Source: the human T2T-CHM13v2.0 reference genome, Homo sapiens
Assembly (NCBI RefSeq): GCF_009914755.1
Contig: NC_060943.1
DNA length: 64,000 bases
Direction: 5' to 3' (one strand)
Position numbers and translations under genes: made by a program. Under the pieces are notes generated by a model. The model was not told the origin of the DNA, made no database searches, and was given only the letters and a program-made list of their open reading frames with translations. Below, piece by piece: positions 29,300-44,900 of the stretch (positions are counted from its first letter, which is position 1; the number at the start of each line of letters is the position of its first letter).

Positions 29300-31220
29300 T
29301 CTTTTAAAATTATTTTAAGAGAACAGTATTAGCAAATGTGGTACATGTCTTATTCTGCTAGAATCAGTATTACTGTCATGTTTTACCATGTATCTCTTAG
29401 GAAATGGTGAGAGCCATCCACACAATGTGGATTTAAAGGGGACTCTACTATAATTTCAGCTTTCCTACTCTTTATAGAAACCATCTTCTCTGCAAACACA
29501 CAGGCAATATCTCTGTGTTCATTTCTACTGGGAACCCTGTATGCAAGATGGAGAGAGCCACATTTCCCCCTGAGATGTTATGTAAAATTTGAGGTTGAGA
29601 TGACATATCTGACACTCTGTTGTTACCCTCAGAAGCTACTACATGTGAAATTCTAATGACTGCATTATCCTACCAAGTTAAAGAGGCAGGCATGAGCAAG
29701 GACATTTAAGAGGGGTGAGAGCCTCATCATGATGGGGAGTCTTGTTCTGACATCTTGGGAAGAAATGTCCACAGTGTGAAGTCATCAACTTGTTGTCCTG
29801 GTTTACAGTTTGAGCATCTGTTGTTATGGTGTCGAAAATGTTGGCGAGTTCTGAGTGGCTCACGCTTCAGGTACAAGGGTTTTCCCATGAAATTTACATT
29901 GAGTTGTCCACCTCCAGCTTATAGGGCTTCTGGAACAGAGTGGGTCTTGCTCTTTGTGATTCCATGGGAGAAAGTGGAATTGGAGGAACTAGTAGAATTC
30001 AGGGAACTGTCCAGTCTACAGGTGGATAATAAAAACACAGAAACAATGAACAGAGCTGCAATCTCATAACCGGTGTACTACAGTTTTTATTTTCCACATA
30101 ATTTTTCTCTCTATGGGCATCTCTAGTTTTACCAATGATAATTTCAGTAGAATAAGTTTGTTTGCAAAATAGGTTGAGTTTCTTCAAACGTGGTCTGATT
30201 GTTTACATAAGTGCAGCAAGAGTATCAATGGACCATGTAGGGTCTCTTTTAAAATTTTCTTTGCTGTAAGTTTTTATAAGGAATCTCAGATTAAACATTT
30301 ACAAACCTCTTGCGAATAGGAAGCCAAAGCAAGGCTGACTTCAGACTTTGCCTACAGTTCATATTGGTTCATTCTATCTATATTCTTAAATATAAAATTC
30401 CAGTCAAAGCTTTGGTAATATAACCAATGATTTCAAATGTGTCGTGTTAAAAAGAGAGCAGATTTTTACTATACTTGTGCAAATATGTGTATTACCATAA
30501 ACATATCAATACTCCTGAATAGTTGCCCAATTCTGGGGCAGTCAGGTAGACAGCAAAAGTAAATGCTTCAATTATTGTTCCCAGAAGTATAGTTTATTGA
30601 ACTGCTATAAGCTATAGATAGATTAAAAGAAAACAATTCCATAAATCTAGAAAACAAACCATTTAAAGAATCAGCAAATTTTCAAATAAAAGTCATAAAA
30701 ACATTATCCTCATTATTATCAATTGTTTCAATGAAATCAATGTTTTTCCTGCTTGGTAGGCTGAGAATTTTATGAAGATATCAGCCTGTTTGTTAAAGTT
30801 TTGGAAGTTTTTGACAGTCCAGTGGTATAATGTGAAAGTTATCAGAAACTTGTATTAAAGAGTTCTTGTCAGCATCGTTTCCATAAATCTCCTTGAAAAG
30901 GAAGCAATTTTGGACTGTAGCTGATTGGAAATGCTTTGAGGAAGAATAAAAACAACATCTGTGAATGACAAAGATTTTAAATGACTATGGTTAAAACTCT
31001 GATGAGAATTCATTATGATAACACAGCTCACATAAAAAGTTAGTTATTTCTGTGGTATATGACATTAATGGCTGATAACATATTTAATTTCTAGGAATCT
31101 CATACAATTTCTGGAACAATCATATCAGTAACATATCCATAAATATAACATAGAGAAGGTTTAGCATCCTTTACCACTTATGATTTGAAAATGCTTTTCA
31201 TATAATTTTACAGGTCAAAT
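29300..31220 (-). mobile_element. MER65-like ERV internal sequence, pseudogene copy
   Basis: Colinear with about 3910-5810. Confidence 0.6.
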
Positions 31221-32482
31221 AAAGTGGCTTTTCCATGTAGCTTGTGTTTCTCAACAGGATTACTGAGTTCTTGGTGGAGGTCATTAATGGATAGGGCCAA
31301 GAAAGTATAGGCTTATGTATGCTGAAAAATTTCCCTAGATAATTCCAATACTCCCAGCTAATAATCATGAATTTAGGTGTCAGTTTTCCTATTAGAACAG
31401 CTGTTCTTTATCCTGGTTACACATTAGTGACATCTGGGAAGACTTAAAAATTACCAATGCCTGAGTCTCACTTTAGACCATTAAATTGGATCCTATGGGT
31501 GGGGCTTGGGCATCCATTTAAAAAAATGTTTTCCAGTGATTCCAATGTGTAGCTGTATTTCCCCTCAGATTTCTCTGATTTCTTGTGGCATTCACTTTTT
31601 TCTATTTTGGTATTATAATTATTTTTTGGGTCTTATCGTCTATCTTAGGCTTTATGTTCCTTGGGGTAGAAACCTTGCCTTCTTCATTTCTGTATCTTTC
31701 ATGAACATATGAGTTGGTCATCAGGAAAATGTTTTCAATCACATGTAGGTTGTGTTCTGAGTCTCAGGTTTACACATTAATGCTAGAGTCATTGTTCTCC
31801 AGGAGGTCAGAGGTTGCTTGTGATGAAGGGTATGGGTAAGCCCATAATGCAGACGGTAGATGGGAGATCACCCTGTTTTTAGCCATAGCATTGGAACTAA
31901 GCATTCTATGTGTATATCAGCTGGAGGGGAAGGGATGTGTAGAAAGACATATTTAATTAGAATGGAGGAATTATACTAGGAAATAGAGGGAATGGAAGCA
32001 ATAAAAATTAGTAAAGAGAAGAAATGTGAACTTATCAGATAGGCAAGAGTAGATCCCTGAAGATTTTTGAATAGGGGAGTTAACTAGAATTTAGGAAGGT
32101 AATGAGGCAGTCATACACAAGGAAGATTTCAAAGACTGGAGATAAGTCAAGCAGTACCTCTAGCAGTTGTTGAAGTTGTGGGAATGGAGAGAATGACACA
32201 AGTGAGAGATGTTAAAAAAAATGATCAAGAGCGTTTTATAAGGTATTGAATCTGGGAAACAAATGAGCAGAGGCTGAGGATAATCATTTGTAGGAGACAG
32301 TGGGGTACAGGGAGCATGAAGAACAGGGGAGAAGAGACCTGCAGGAATAAGTGCTGAGAAGCAGGAGTTTAGTGAGAGGAGGAGGAGGTCCAGTCCCAAA
32401 TACTGGCAAAGAAGTTCTTTCCCTCTCCCAAGCATGACAGTCAGCCCTGCAGGAAACAGAACAAAAGGAAAGGCCATCATAC

Positions 32483-32610
32483 CTGCCAGTCTTCCTGAAA
32501 TAAACTACACCAGGGCTGCTAGATCAGAGCCACACTGGCCAGTACTTCAATCATGATGCTGACAGTGGCTCTACCTGAAAGGCCAGGACAACTTCCTTGT
32601 ACTGAAATAT
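32483..32610 (-). pseudogene. Pseudogene GPI-signal (M) exon, DISVQGSCPGLSGRATVSIMIEVLASVALI*
   Basis: gacAG acceptor, TAG at 32521-32519, CAG|GTATG donor; close to the CEACAM8/7/5 GPI signal peptides as I recall them. Confidence 0.85.
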
Positions 32611-34429
32611 CTGTCATGGAAAGAAAAGAAGAGAAGGAATAAAGGTGATGTTATTTTACAGTGTGGTACCTTATGAACCATCACTAAGTATGAAGTTGTT
32701 TCTATTTGTCCCTTCGGGGATTACATTAATTTTGTGGGAGGGTTGCTGGTAGATGATTAGCCAACTATATTCTTGCAGTTTTTTAATCTGTCAACATGTT
32801 TCTAGGTTAGTGATCAGTCTTCTGTCAATTTCATCCTGACCATGCGGCACTCAGATATTTTTGAAGGCTTTATGATGTGAGAAAGGCTGACTGCTATTTT
32901 CTGTGTCGTTAGAACTTTCTACCCTTTCATGGTTGCATCTTTTTCTCAGTGTGTCAGTTGTGGTAGGCATGAATAAGACTCTGTCAGGTCTCCATGGCAG
33001 CTTGTGTTTCTCAAGAGGATTACAGAGTTCTTGATGGAACACATTAATGAATAGGACTGAGAAAGTATAGGCTTATGTATGTTGAAAAATTTCCCTAGGT
33101 AATTCCAGCACTCCCAGCTAATAATCGATTAATTAATAATCAATTGACTTGATTGACAGAAGGCCCAAATCAGTGCCTGCCAAACTGATAACCTACTTTA
33201 CATAGAGTCCTCACTTTCCTGAAGCTCCCAGCAGGGATATGAAAGCAAGCCCAGTTCTATGAGCCTCTGTTTTATTCTCCTGGGTGACTGGGGGGAAGAC
33301 TCCCCATCAGTCTTGCCATGCTTTCTTTGAACTCTAGCTAAATTTTCTTTCTCTTTCTCCTTCACAGGAACCAGATTTGCATGGTGGTCCCAAAGCTCAA
33401 CAGACTTTTTTCATGCCTGCCCCACTTTTCCTCACAGGCACTTTTCCTAATAAATTATCCTGCATGTCCAATCTCATCTTGGATGCATCTCAGTGGGCAT
33501 AAACTAACATACCAGGCTTGATTTTTTTGCACTTAGCTTTTTTCTGTCTCTCCCACATGTAGCCAGTAACCATGTCTTAGTGTTTTATCTGTTACCTCTT
33601 TTTTCATGTGTATAGAAAAAAATATATATTTCCATATACTTATTTATATGTAATATATATGATAAAATATGTAATATAAAATGTATAGTAATGTAAAACA
33701 TATACATATTTTCCATATATGTATATGGAAAAAGAGGTAACACATAAAACACCAGGACATTTACATATAATAAAATTGACATATGTTATATATATATATG
33801 TAGTGTCTGGTAGTCTTAACGTTTCTATAAATACACAATTTTTGTCACTGCCCCTTCCTTCTTTCCCATGCAGAGCTCCCATGGCCAAATCTCCCTATTT
33901 CTCCAAGTGTGTGTCACTCACTGTCCTCTGTGCTGTGGCCCATGTGCTGTGTCCACAGCCTCCTAGTGTTTTATGTGTTCTCTTTTTCTATATATATGGA
34001 AAAAGCATATACATATTTCTCTCTATAGATTTATATACAATATATAATAATCTAAAAATATAGAATATGTAACAATTTAAAATATGTACATATTTCCATA
34101 TCTATGAAAAAAGGTAACACATAAACACTAGGCCATTTATATATATAAAATCCACATATGTAATATAAATGCCAATTTTATCATATATAAATAAGTATAT
34201 ACACGATAGACTTATCATATATATATAAGGTGAATTTGGAATGCCCTGACCTGGGCCCTCTGTCAGTCAAGTCCCTGCCATGGAGGTCATTCATGGCTGC
34301 CACAACTGAGACACCAATAGAAAGATGCAGCTATGAAAAGGTGAAAAGTTCTAAAGTTGTAGCAAATAGCAATCAGCCTTTCTCACATCCCAAAACCTTC
34401 AAAAATATCTGAGTGCAGCATATCCAAGA

Positions 34430-36185
<1,756 letters not shown>

Positions 36186-37024
36186 CATATATAGTGTCTG
36201 GTACTCTTACCCTCTCTATAAGTACACACTTTTTGTCGCTGTTCCTTCCCTGCCATAGGGAGCTTCTGTGAGTTAATCTCCCTATTTCTCCAAGTGTGCA
36301 TCACTCACTGTCCTCTGTGCTGTGTTCCAGGAGCTGTGTCCACAAACTCAGACAGGCAGTGACTTCAGAGCCAGGACACAGCCCTATTCCCATTTTTTAA
36401 AGCCTTACCCATGGGAGGCTTGGCTTCTACTGGCCGCTCGATTTAGCCAGATTCAGAACAGGCCACCCAGGCACCTTATCCACATGCCCTAGTCCCAGCC
36501 CGGGTGGAGTCAGGGCAGGGTCGGTCACTGGGCGAGCCCACAGCAATGCAGGGAGCAGAGTCTGAGCTGCTTCTCCCTCACCAAGGGGCTTCCTCCTCTC
36601 ATTTGGGAAAAGTATGGGCTTGTTTTGAAGACTGATGTTCATCGCAGCTCATGGAGTACACACACACAGACACAGACACACACAAAGGAGACAGGAGGGA
36701 TGTTTTGGTGACAGAAACAGCTTGACCATGACGACCCTCCTCTTTCTCCCTCTGTGAAGGCCCTTACACTGCATAGGGCTTCGGGCTGATAAAGCCATTT
36801 CCCTACATTTCTCAGGCTGGACTCAAGGTCATCCACCAGAAATCTGGAAAACAAAGGGAAGAGAATCTGTAGATATGAATTGGGAGTGTTCAGAAGAAAA
36901 ATTTGAGATTTATTTTGTGCATGGGACACAGGCTGAGAATAAAAATGTCTTCCTGGCTCTTTCTTGGAAAGCCAGATAGGCTTCACCTGAAAGCATATTG
37001 CCAATGCTCCAGCGATCCACTTAC

Positions 37025-37279
37025 CAGGGACTGTGATTTTCTTGGTTGTGAAGTTTTTGCCATTAGTGACTGGGTTATGGACATAACACAGATAGTCCCC
37101 ACTATTCTCTGTAGTGACTTGGGGGATAAAGAGCTCTTGTCCTGTTTGCTGGTTATTCCCATTCAGCAGCCAAGAATACTCTGCTGATGGATTAGAGCCC
37201 ATGAGGCAGGAGAGGTTGAGGTTTGACCCTGGATAGTAATAGGTGTCTGAAGGATAAGTTGTGGGTTCATCTGGGCCAT
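37025..37279 (-). pseudogene. Pseudogene B-domain exon (frame open)
   Basis: 255 nt, AG/GT intact; GPDEPTTYPSDTYYYPGSNLNLSCLMGSNPSAEYSW...YLCYVHNPVT...KITVP. Confidence 0.92.
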
Positions 37280-37667
37280 CTGGAGCAAAGAGAATAAAGC
37301 CACAGGTAATGTTATCGGAGGGAATGGGAAGCTCCTGGTCTGTGAAAGGGACACAGTGTTCCTTTTTGCCAAGTCACAACCCCGAAGTCCCAGCCAAACT
37401 TCCTCTGTGTTCACTGAACTGGAGGAGTCTAAGATATTCACCTGTTTCTCCCATCACAAGCTGTGGAAGCTGAGTCTCCTAAGACCGGAGAAGCCCCTGC
37501 CTTCCTGGGCCTACTTAGGTTTGCCTGGGACAGGAAGTCATGGCCAGCTTGGGGGTCCAGGGGTAAGTGTCTTCATACTTGGACCTGAGAGGGACAGAGA
37601 GGTCTGGCCTAGGGTTATGTGGATTTGGGCCGGCAGCCTTGTCCATGAAGGAAAAGAGGATACTCAC

Positions 37668-37936
37668 AGAGAACATCCAGGTGACTGGGTCACTGTGGCT
37701 TGTACTCACTACATTCTTCCTTTGACATTCATAGAGTCCTGTGTCACTCCTTGTGACACTGAGTAGAGCAAGGATCCTGTTATCATTGGACATCTTTAGC
37801 CTGGGACTGAGTGTGAGTTTATGACAATTTACCCAACACATGTAGATTGTGCCATGAGTCTCAGGTTCACAGGTTAAGACCACAGCCTCCTCATCCTCCG
37901 AGGGGTTGCTGGTGACATAGGGCTTGAGCAGATTCG
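37668..37936 (-). pseudogene. Pseudogene A-domain exon (frameshifted)
   Basis: 269 nt versus 279: 9-nt deletion near the start and 1-nt deletion in the PVT-L codons; NLLKPYVTSNP...LTCEPE...YECQ; AG and GTGAG present. Confidence 0.9.
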
Positions 37937-38529
37937 CTGTGCAGATAACAGAGAAGATTCCCCTGTGTGGCACCCTTGATTTCTCCATGAGCATTTTCCA
38001 ATCAGAGTTGACATCTCCCACCTCTCAGCCAATCCAAGTCCTTAAAAGCCCACAGCAGGTCTGTGTGTCAAAAGTCAGATGGATGCATGATGATCTGAGG
38101 GCTCAGAGGCCATGGGGCCACCTGCTCTGTGTGGGAGATGCACAGACTTCTGAAGTGTGGATCGAGCAGCAATATTGGTGAACTCTGAATTGAGCAGGGT
38201 CAAACAATTAGAGTTTGATTAACTTTGTTTAAATTGAGAAGAGTCCAAGTGAGGCAGCAGTGGCTCACGCATCTCCCCACCCGAAGGACCCCACCTTATG
38301 ACAATGTTGTTATTATGAATACACAGGTGTGCATGAAACAGGCAGTAAATCAGACAGCACCCACCTGGCCAGCTCCACCTAGTCCTAGGAACCATCAGTA
38401 TTCCCATTATATGTATGTTACAGCTTTTTAGGCTACAAAATATAAAATACGACTACAGAATATAAAATATGCTATTGTTAATACAAAATATTGAATATGA
38501 AGCTGAATATGTTGTTCCACTTTTTCTCA

Positions 38530-39650
38530 CTCTTGTTAAACTTTGCTGTTTCAATTTTGGAAGTTTCTATTATTACACACTTAAACTAGAGATTCTTTCC
38601 TCAGCTGTGTGCAGCCTACGAGTAAGCCCATGGAGGGCATTCTTTATTTCCCTTAAAGTGTTTTTAATCTCTAGTATTTCTTTTGCTTCTTTCTTAGAAT
38701 AGCCATCTCTGTTTAAATCACCCATCTATTCCTGAAAGGTGTCTCCTTTTTCCATCATAATCCTTAACCAGAGTTGTTTTAAATTTCCAGTCTGATAATT
38801 TCAGCATCCCTACCACATCTGTGTCTGGTTCTGATCCTTGCTCTGTCTTTCAAACTGCATTTTTTTTTTTTGCCATAGTCTGTCTTGTATTTTTTTGAAA
38901 ACCACACATGATGTACTGTGTAAAAGGGACTTGAGTGAGCAGGCATTCAGTGACATGGTGGTGAGTGTGGGGAGGGAAGGGTTCTGTGATTCTGGATGTG
39001 GTCTGTGTCCTGGGCTGTGAATGTCACAAGTGCCTCTCAGGTTTTTGTTTCCACTAGGTGGAATATGATAACTTGAGGAGGCTGGAGTTGGTTATTTCCA
39101 CTCCCCCTGGCCAGTTAAGCTCCCATCAAACCCCAGCTAATTAGGCTGCAGTAAAATAGTTTCTCTTAAATGTAGGTCTTACCAAGAAGAACATAATTCA
39201 CTGACAACCTTCCAAGTGTTTTTTTTTCCCTTCTTCCTACAAGAAGGAGGTGGATTCTTTTTGGATATTGACTGTGAGAAACTGGTAGACTCCAGGAGCT
39301 AAGAGTCATAAATCTGTCCCCCTACTCCCAAGACTAATCCATCCACTGGTGTGTTTATCTCTGTGCTGTGTCCACACTGAGCCTCCAGAATTTCCTGAAT
39401 TACAGTTCAGGTTTTCTGACCCCAGCACTGGTGCCCACTGGGGTTTCTGTGCCTGTGTTTCTGCTGAGGTATGGTGCATGCTCTGTATTTGCCTGTGGGT
39501 CTCTCCAATATGTGGGCCAGTTAGCACTGAGACCTTGCTTCCAGAGAAATCTAAACGAGTTGTTGATTTTTCAGTTTGTTCAGCTTTTTACTTCTTGTTA
39601 GAACTGAGTGAAAATTTTTAAGCTACTTACATACCTGATGGAAATTCGAA
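38530..39650 (-). mobile_element. Old L1M 5'/ORF1-region fragment
   Basis: GATTCTTTCCTCAGCTGTGT.. and TCTAGTATTTCTTTT antisense L1M motifs. Confidence 0.5.
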
Positions 39651-39796
39651 GTCTCTAGGGCATGACTGGAGGATATCAGCCCCACAGCAGGTTGAGGATG
39701 GAGTCATGAGTGAAATGGGTGAAATGAGCCCATGGGCTTTGGAAACTGCAGATCTGTCCTTCTGCCTCTGACCCCCTGGTGAGTCCATGTAGAAAG

Positions 39797-40543
39797 AGAA
39801 ACCACCATTGCAAAGCATATGATGGTGAGAGGAAGCTAGCTTGGCTGCCCGCATCTCACCTCTAGTCTCAAACTGGCTCTCTTCTCTGATTCCTGGGCAT
39901 AGGCCAGGGTAAGCATGGGAGGAATTTATAGTTTAACTTTAAAGCAAGGATGATAATAGTCCCTCCCTAAAATCAGCTCCTCCTTGTCGGGGGCTACCTT
40001 GGTAAATCTAAGAAAAGACCACAAATTATGGGAGGGGCCCAAATTCTGCTAAAATGCAGGCATAGTTTCTATAATCTCTTACTGCTCAGGAGTCATGTGT
40101 CCAGAGGTCACAAGATTTGTGACTTTCCTAGTTGCTCCTATAGATAGCAAGACTACTGTAGAATCTGAGATTTATCTTTTGAGATGTTTCTCAGACTTTT
40201 GCATTCTGGCAACCAGCTGACCTCATCTAGACTCATGACCAATGGCTCAACCAGTCATGTGGCCCCCACTCAGAGGCAGATTCAACAAATACATACCATT
40301 TTCCTACCTGCATCATTTTATCTCCAGCCAGTCAACAGTACTTATTCCTTAGACCTTCGCCCCTCAAAGTTTTTGAAAAACTCTAACCTCAGAGCCACTG
40401 GGGAAGGTGATTTGAGTCATAATAAATTTCTGTCCTCCTGTTTGGCAGCCTTGGGCTAAGTAAAACTATTCTTTACTACACATCACCTTCACAATAAATT
40501 GGCTTTGCCTGTGCAGAGGGCAAGAACCTGTCAGGTGATTATA
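39797..40543 (+). mobile_element. LTR8-family (LTR8B-like) solo LTR, paralogous copy in the pseudogene
   Basis: Starts GAAACCACCATTGCAAA; same flanks as the 18655 copy. Confidence 0.8.
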
Positions 40544-41679
40544 AGAATGGATGGAGCAGTCACTGATCTCTTTCTGGTGGTCTGTTTCATGAGTCAGCCT
40601 CTCAGAGGGAAAGAGCCCTGGACTGGGACACAGTGGAAGCTCATTCTCCTGGTGACCCGGGGACATTGCCTCATTACGGATCCTGGCAAGGGTGGCTACT
40701 CTGGCTGATTTTGGTGCATTTTTCATTTCCCAGAAGGCAGGACAGGCCTCAGTGTGAGCAGGAAGGAAATGGAACCATCAATCTTGTTAGAGAGGGTGTC
40801 TGGGGAAGTCCTCAGGGTGGAGGAAGCTGGACAGGACAGGGCTCATCAGGTAGAATTAAAGGGGGATGCACTTTTTTCACTGAACACCTTTCAGATATCT
40901 CACTAACTCTGGCCTCACTGGGCTCTGCCTTTCCTTCTGAGCCCTGAGCCCTGAGCCCTGATTCCTGGAGGGAGGGAGAGAGAGAGGAAGGGTGAAGCTG
41001 GGATGTGTGCTGTCCAGGTTTCTTCCATCTCTGGAATCTTGAAAGCGAGGGACCCTAGTGTGTTACCACAGAGGAGACCATGGGAAAAAGCTGTTTCTCA
41101 GGGGTGCCTGGCTTATGAATTGAGGGGAATTCAGACCAGGTTGGACTTGTGAACTGCAGGGACCCTGTTCCATGTCAGCAACCAGCTCCTCTAGCTCAGT
41201 GTTTCTCTCTGTGGCTAATTCTTTTGTGTGATTTCTGAGCCCATGCTAGAGTCCTCCTCACGATGCCTGATGGTCAGACCTGTGTGGGGAGACCTAATGA
41301 TGGGGTGGGGGTGGTCTTGAGTGTCACACAGAGTGTCCAGGGAACAGGCTTTGTGACTTTCTCTACCCCAGCCCCACAACAAGATCTGGATAGTGGGCTT
41401 GGTCAGATAAAGTCAGAATCCATGGAGGGAGGGTATGTGTCCTGGCAGTACTGAGGTTCCTGCCTCCAGGTTAGTTCTCAGTCTCTGCAAATACATTTAT
41501 GTTGTGCTTGTGCTGTCTCCTGGACTGTTTCATGTCCTTAAACTCTTGAACCTGTCTGCAGATAATGTCATGAGAGGTCTGCATGGAAGTGTATGAGGGC
41601 TATCAGATTAGGGTGGGGGTGTTTTACATAGTGGGTTTTTTTTTTCACCAAACACGTTTCAAAAAATTGTGGTTGAGTG

Positions 41680-41957
41680 TGTATATAGAAACACATACAT
41701 ACTTATATTCATTAGATGTGAATTTATGTTTATATAAATTTAATATATAGATACATATGTCTATAAGTATACACGCATATGTATATGTGTATATATATGT
41801 ATATATGTATATATGTATATGTGTGTATATATATGTGTGTGTCTGTGTGTATATATATATACATATATATATATATATACACACACATATATATATATAT
41901 AATGTGCCATTTTAACTACTTCACTTAAGGGGAGAGAGAGAGAGAGAGAGAAGAGAG
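41680..41957. repeat. Compound (TA/TG)n low-complexity tract followed by (GA)n
   Basis: Seen directly. Confidence 0.92.
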
Positions 41958-41959
41958 TT

Positions 41960-44900
41960 TCCACTAATACCAAATCTGGGTTAAATAAGGGTGGTCCTAT
42001 TTCCTGGGGTTGGGCTTTTGCTAGATGTGTCAGTTCCTGTTGGAAGTGAGCTAGAGAGGTTATATGCTTAACAAATGTAGAGATTTTCTATATGAAAATA
42101 ATCTGTGAGCACATTGATAAGTTTTATCCTTTCCTAGGTGAAAAGCTTGGTGAAGGATTTTAAGGACTTCCCATTGGCTGAAGGCTGGCAAATGGAGTTT
42201 GCCATCCTCTGACTACAGCCATTCTGAGGACTGGAAAGGATACCCTGAGAAGTGGCCTATTTTATTTCTGCTGGAAGGTACTGAGGTTTAATTTATCTTA
42301 TGGAGTCTTCCTAGATTAGAAGGCTTTGAGTTGTGTTGATGCCTTGCCAGTGACTTAGCTGCCTGATCAGTGAACCTATTTCCTTTGTCTACTTCATCTG
42401 TTCCCTTTTTGATGTTCCCTATAATGTATCACTGCTATTTCTCATGGAAGAAAACTGAGGATAATAAGATGTTAATTTTTTGGTGGTATTTTATAGGAAA
42501 TCCATTAGTGGTAAGAAAATGCCTTTTATTTTAAATGGCAGCATGAGCATGAAGAACTAAAAAAGCATACTTGGAATCAATGTAAATGTTAGCTACCTTT
42601 CTCTTGCTTAATTTAAGTACCCTTGTAAGAACTATTTGTTTAGCTGATTGAGCACCTGCACCTGAAGAGAGATGTTATTTAGAGTGACTACTGCTTATCC
42701 TGCCTTATATATTTCTTGCTTTACCAGCTGTTTGCTAGCTAAGCGCTCCCTCTAGAGGAAAGTAATTTTGCCACATTAAGTGGAGGTGTAAACCGTTTTT
42801 TCCTAGGGTTAATTTGGAGACTTTTCTGACTAGTGGAGCTATTGTGACAGTGGTTTGGAAGCAGGTGTAAACAATAGGTCCTCCTAATTGTAAAGTACAG
42901 GTTGAGAAAAATATTGTATTTGAATTTTTAATGAGACACCCCTTATGGTTGTGCTATGGGAAGAGAGGAGGCCTGGATAAGAAAGGAGAAAAGAGAGAGA
43001 CTGGATCTAGTGTTTAGAAGGACGTCTACTTTCTTTCCTATAATTTCCAGAATCACCTGTGTCTCCTGTGCTGTAATGGCAGTTTCAGCTGCTGGAGCCA
43101 GGGGTTTGAGCCCCAGGACCCATCAGTCCTGCTGGACAACTGTGAGACTGCTTCTGAACCCAGTGACCTCCATCTCTGGGAGCAGTTGCATCTCCAGTGG
43201 TCTCCACCACAGGCTGGACAGGGTCAAGGTGGCTTCCTCTTGCTCTTTGGACACTCCTTCCTAAAATGCCCTGGCCTGCCATACCGAGAGCAACTAGTGG
43301 ATACACCTCTGGGATCCTGGACTTTGCAACTCTGCAAAGCAGCTACTAGAGGCTTTGTCCTTCTCTTGAGCTTTCTCTCTTTCTTCTGGGCCTTCTCCTG
43401 GTCCCTATTATAAAAGACTGAAGTGGCTACCCTCAGAAGGTTTTCCAAGGTGCTATCTGCTACTATAGCTTGCATTTGTAGGTTCCTTCTAATATTGGGA
43501 GATTTCTATATAATAAACTTATCTTTTAGAATGGGCTGTCACTTGACTGAATCAGGAGATAAAAAGGTGTGTGCTAATAGTGCCCTTCTCAACCTATCCA
43601 TAAAGGCTGCAGGATTCTCATCTGGCTTTTAGTCTATCCTAGACAGTTTAGAGAAATTAAGAGGTCTAGCCTTAGTTTTTCTTTTCCATTGATCTGCAGA
43701 GCTATTGGGGTTTCAATCAGGGTTGTCAAGAGGTACTGCTTCACTTCTTATTTGGAATGGTGTTTCTGCTATTTCTTCACTTTCCATATCTCCTTCCTTC
43801 CCTTTTGGTGTATTATAGGAGATATGTTGCTCATCTCCAAAATTCTCTGCTGCTTGCAGAGCTGCCTATTTTTCAGCTACAGTTAGGGTTTGGTTTAGGA
43901 GCAGCATAACATCCTTCCATGTGAGGTGAAACACCTGACTTAAATTCTGGAAAGCTTCTATATACCTATCAGGATTGTCTGAAAATCAGCCTAAGTCTTA
44001 CTTTATTTGCCTAAGGTCCTGTAATGAGAAGGGAACTTGGAAGGATCCCAAATTATGGAGTTTCTTCTCAGATGGTTCCCTTGGAATTTGCTTTTCTAAT
44101 TCGAGGGGATTATTCTTTATAGGCCTGCCTGATATGGCTGTTAAAAAAATCTGGGTTGCTGTTACAATGCTTGTAAAGGTTTAGTAAAAATGTCCTGTCA
44201 TTGTGCAAAATAGAATGAGTTGCTTTTCTCTTCAAAGTCCTGAGGTTAAAAGAGTTCTAGTGCCTCAGAGTGCACTCCAGAGGGGTGCAAGCTGAAGATG
44301 CTCTGTTAGCCATCTAGAAAAAGAAGTGAAAATAAAAGTGTCCTTATAGTCCTCCTCCTTTCATTGTGACCCAGAGTGGAGTGGAAGACAGTGGGAGCAT
44401 CCCCCCAACTGTTTTCTCTCCTTGGCTCCTGAGTCCTGGCACTGTGTAAAATGTGCCGCCCATGGTTCTAGGTGTGGCCTTCTAAGCCATGGAACTGGAT
44501 AAATGAAGTGATGGGATTAGCCACACTTTACCCATGTAACCTTAGCTTATCTGCCTGTGATCTGCCTGGCTTCCTGAAAAATGGATCTCTGGAGAAACTG
44601 TAGCAGTTGCCTTTGAGCAAGCTTTCTTTAACAGATGGAATGTGCCAGTTTCCGGTTATGGCCCGTGCTAAAACATTTTCCCTCAGAAAAGTGGTCCTGG
44701 TTAACTCTGTTCTTAAAATGCCCTTACTAATTAAATCGTGTTCTAATTGGAGATAGAATAAGTACCTTAAATGAACATAGGGACCTAATGGCAGTTTTTC
44801 CTGCTGATGGGACAGTATCAGAACTAAAATTTGGCTACGGAAGACATTTTACTCCTAACTGTTGAAAGCAGAGCTTCCCCATTCACAGAAAGGGCTTTTC

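Noticed and set aside
36639-37202. 187-aa ORF as an independent gene
   Set aside because: It is the pseudogene B exon read through into intron.
43224-43475. Gag ORF as a functional protein
   Set aside because: Short fragment, broken zinc knuckle, and surrounding frames full of stops.
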